Shown here: in pieces, positions 64,000 to 64,000 of the stretch
How the letters are laid out: each line of letters opens with the position of its first letter
Numbering within the stretch: position 1 is the first letter of the stretch
Assembly (NCBI GenBank): GCA_034226945.1
Contig: CP120455.1
Span: forward strand, 744,001 to 808,000
Length of the DNA: 64,000 bases
From: Picochlorum sp. SENEW3
Lineage: Eukaryota
Direction of reading: 5' to 3'
Made by a program: the position numbers and the translations under genes
Notes under the pieces: generated by a model
The model's database searches: none
The model's input: the letters and a program-made list of their open reading frames with translations, nothing else
What the model was told of the DNA's origin: nothing

Positions 64000-64000
64000 A

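Overview
Gene-dense eukaryotic nuclear DNA with about 30 genes in 64 kb, short GT-AG introns (about 60-120 bp) and tiny spacers. TGTAA poly(A)-type signals, sucrose-phosphate synthase, a PsbS-like gene, plant-type CGS and organellar GatB point to a compact green-algal genome; a Picochlorum-like trebouxiophyte is my inference. Most genes are housekeeping: MYST acetyltransferase, NPF transporter, PP2C, PCCA, POLD1, ETFA, MRS2, TOR, TFIIH p52, ADK, SPS, ABC1K, GatB, TRAPPC8, CstF64, ISD11 and PIG-B. The most unusual items are: (1) chains of overlapping perfect palindromes upstream of genes (6848-6988, 11105-11153, weaker elsewhere); (2) an orphan organellar-type HSP70 fragment whose antisense strand supplies the stop codon of a membrane lipase; (3) an ~800-bp element with 27-bp perfect terminal inverted repeats; (4) a PsbS-like protein with one lumenal sensor Glu replaced by His; (5) co-directional genes only 18-65 bp apart, which are candidate polycistrons; (6) a tail-anchored multi-FN3 protein. 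All assignments come from motif recognition by eye; no searches were run.
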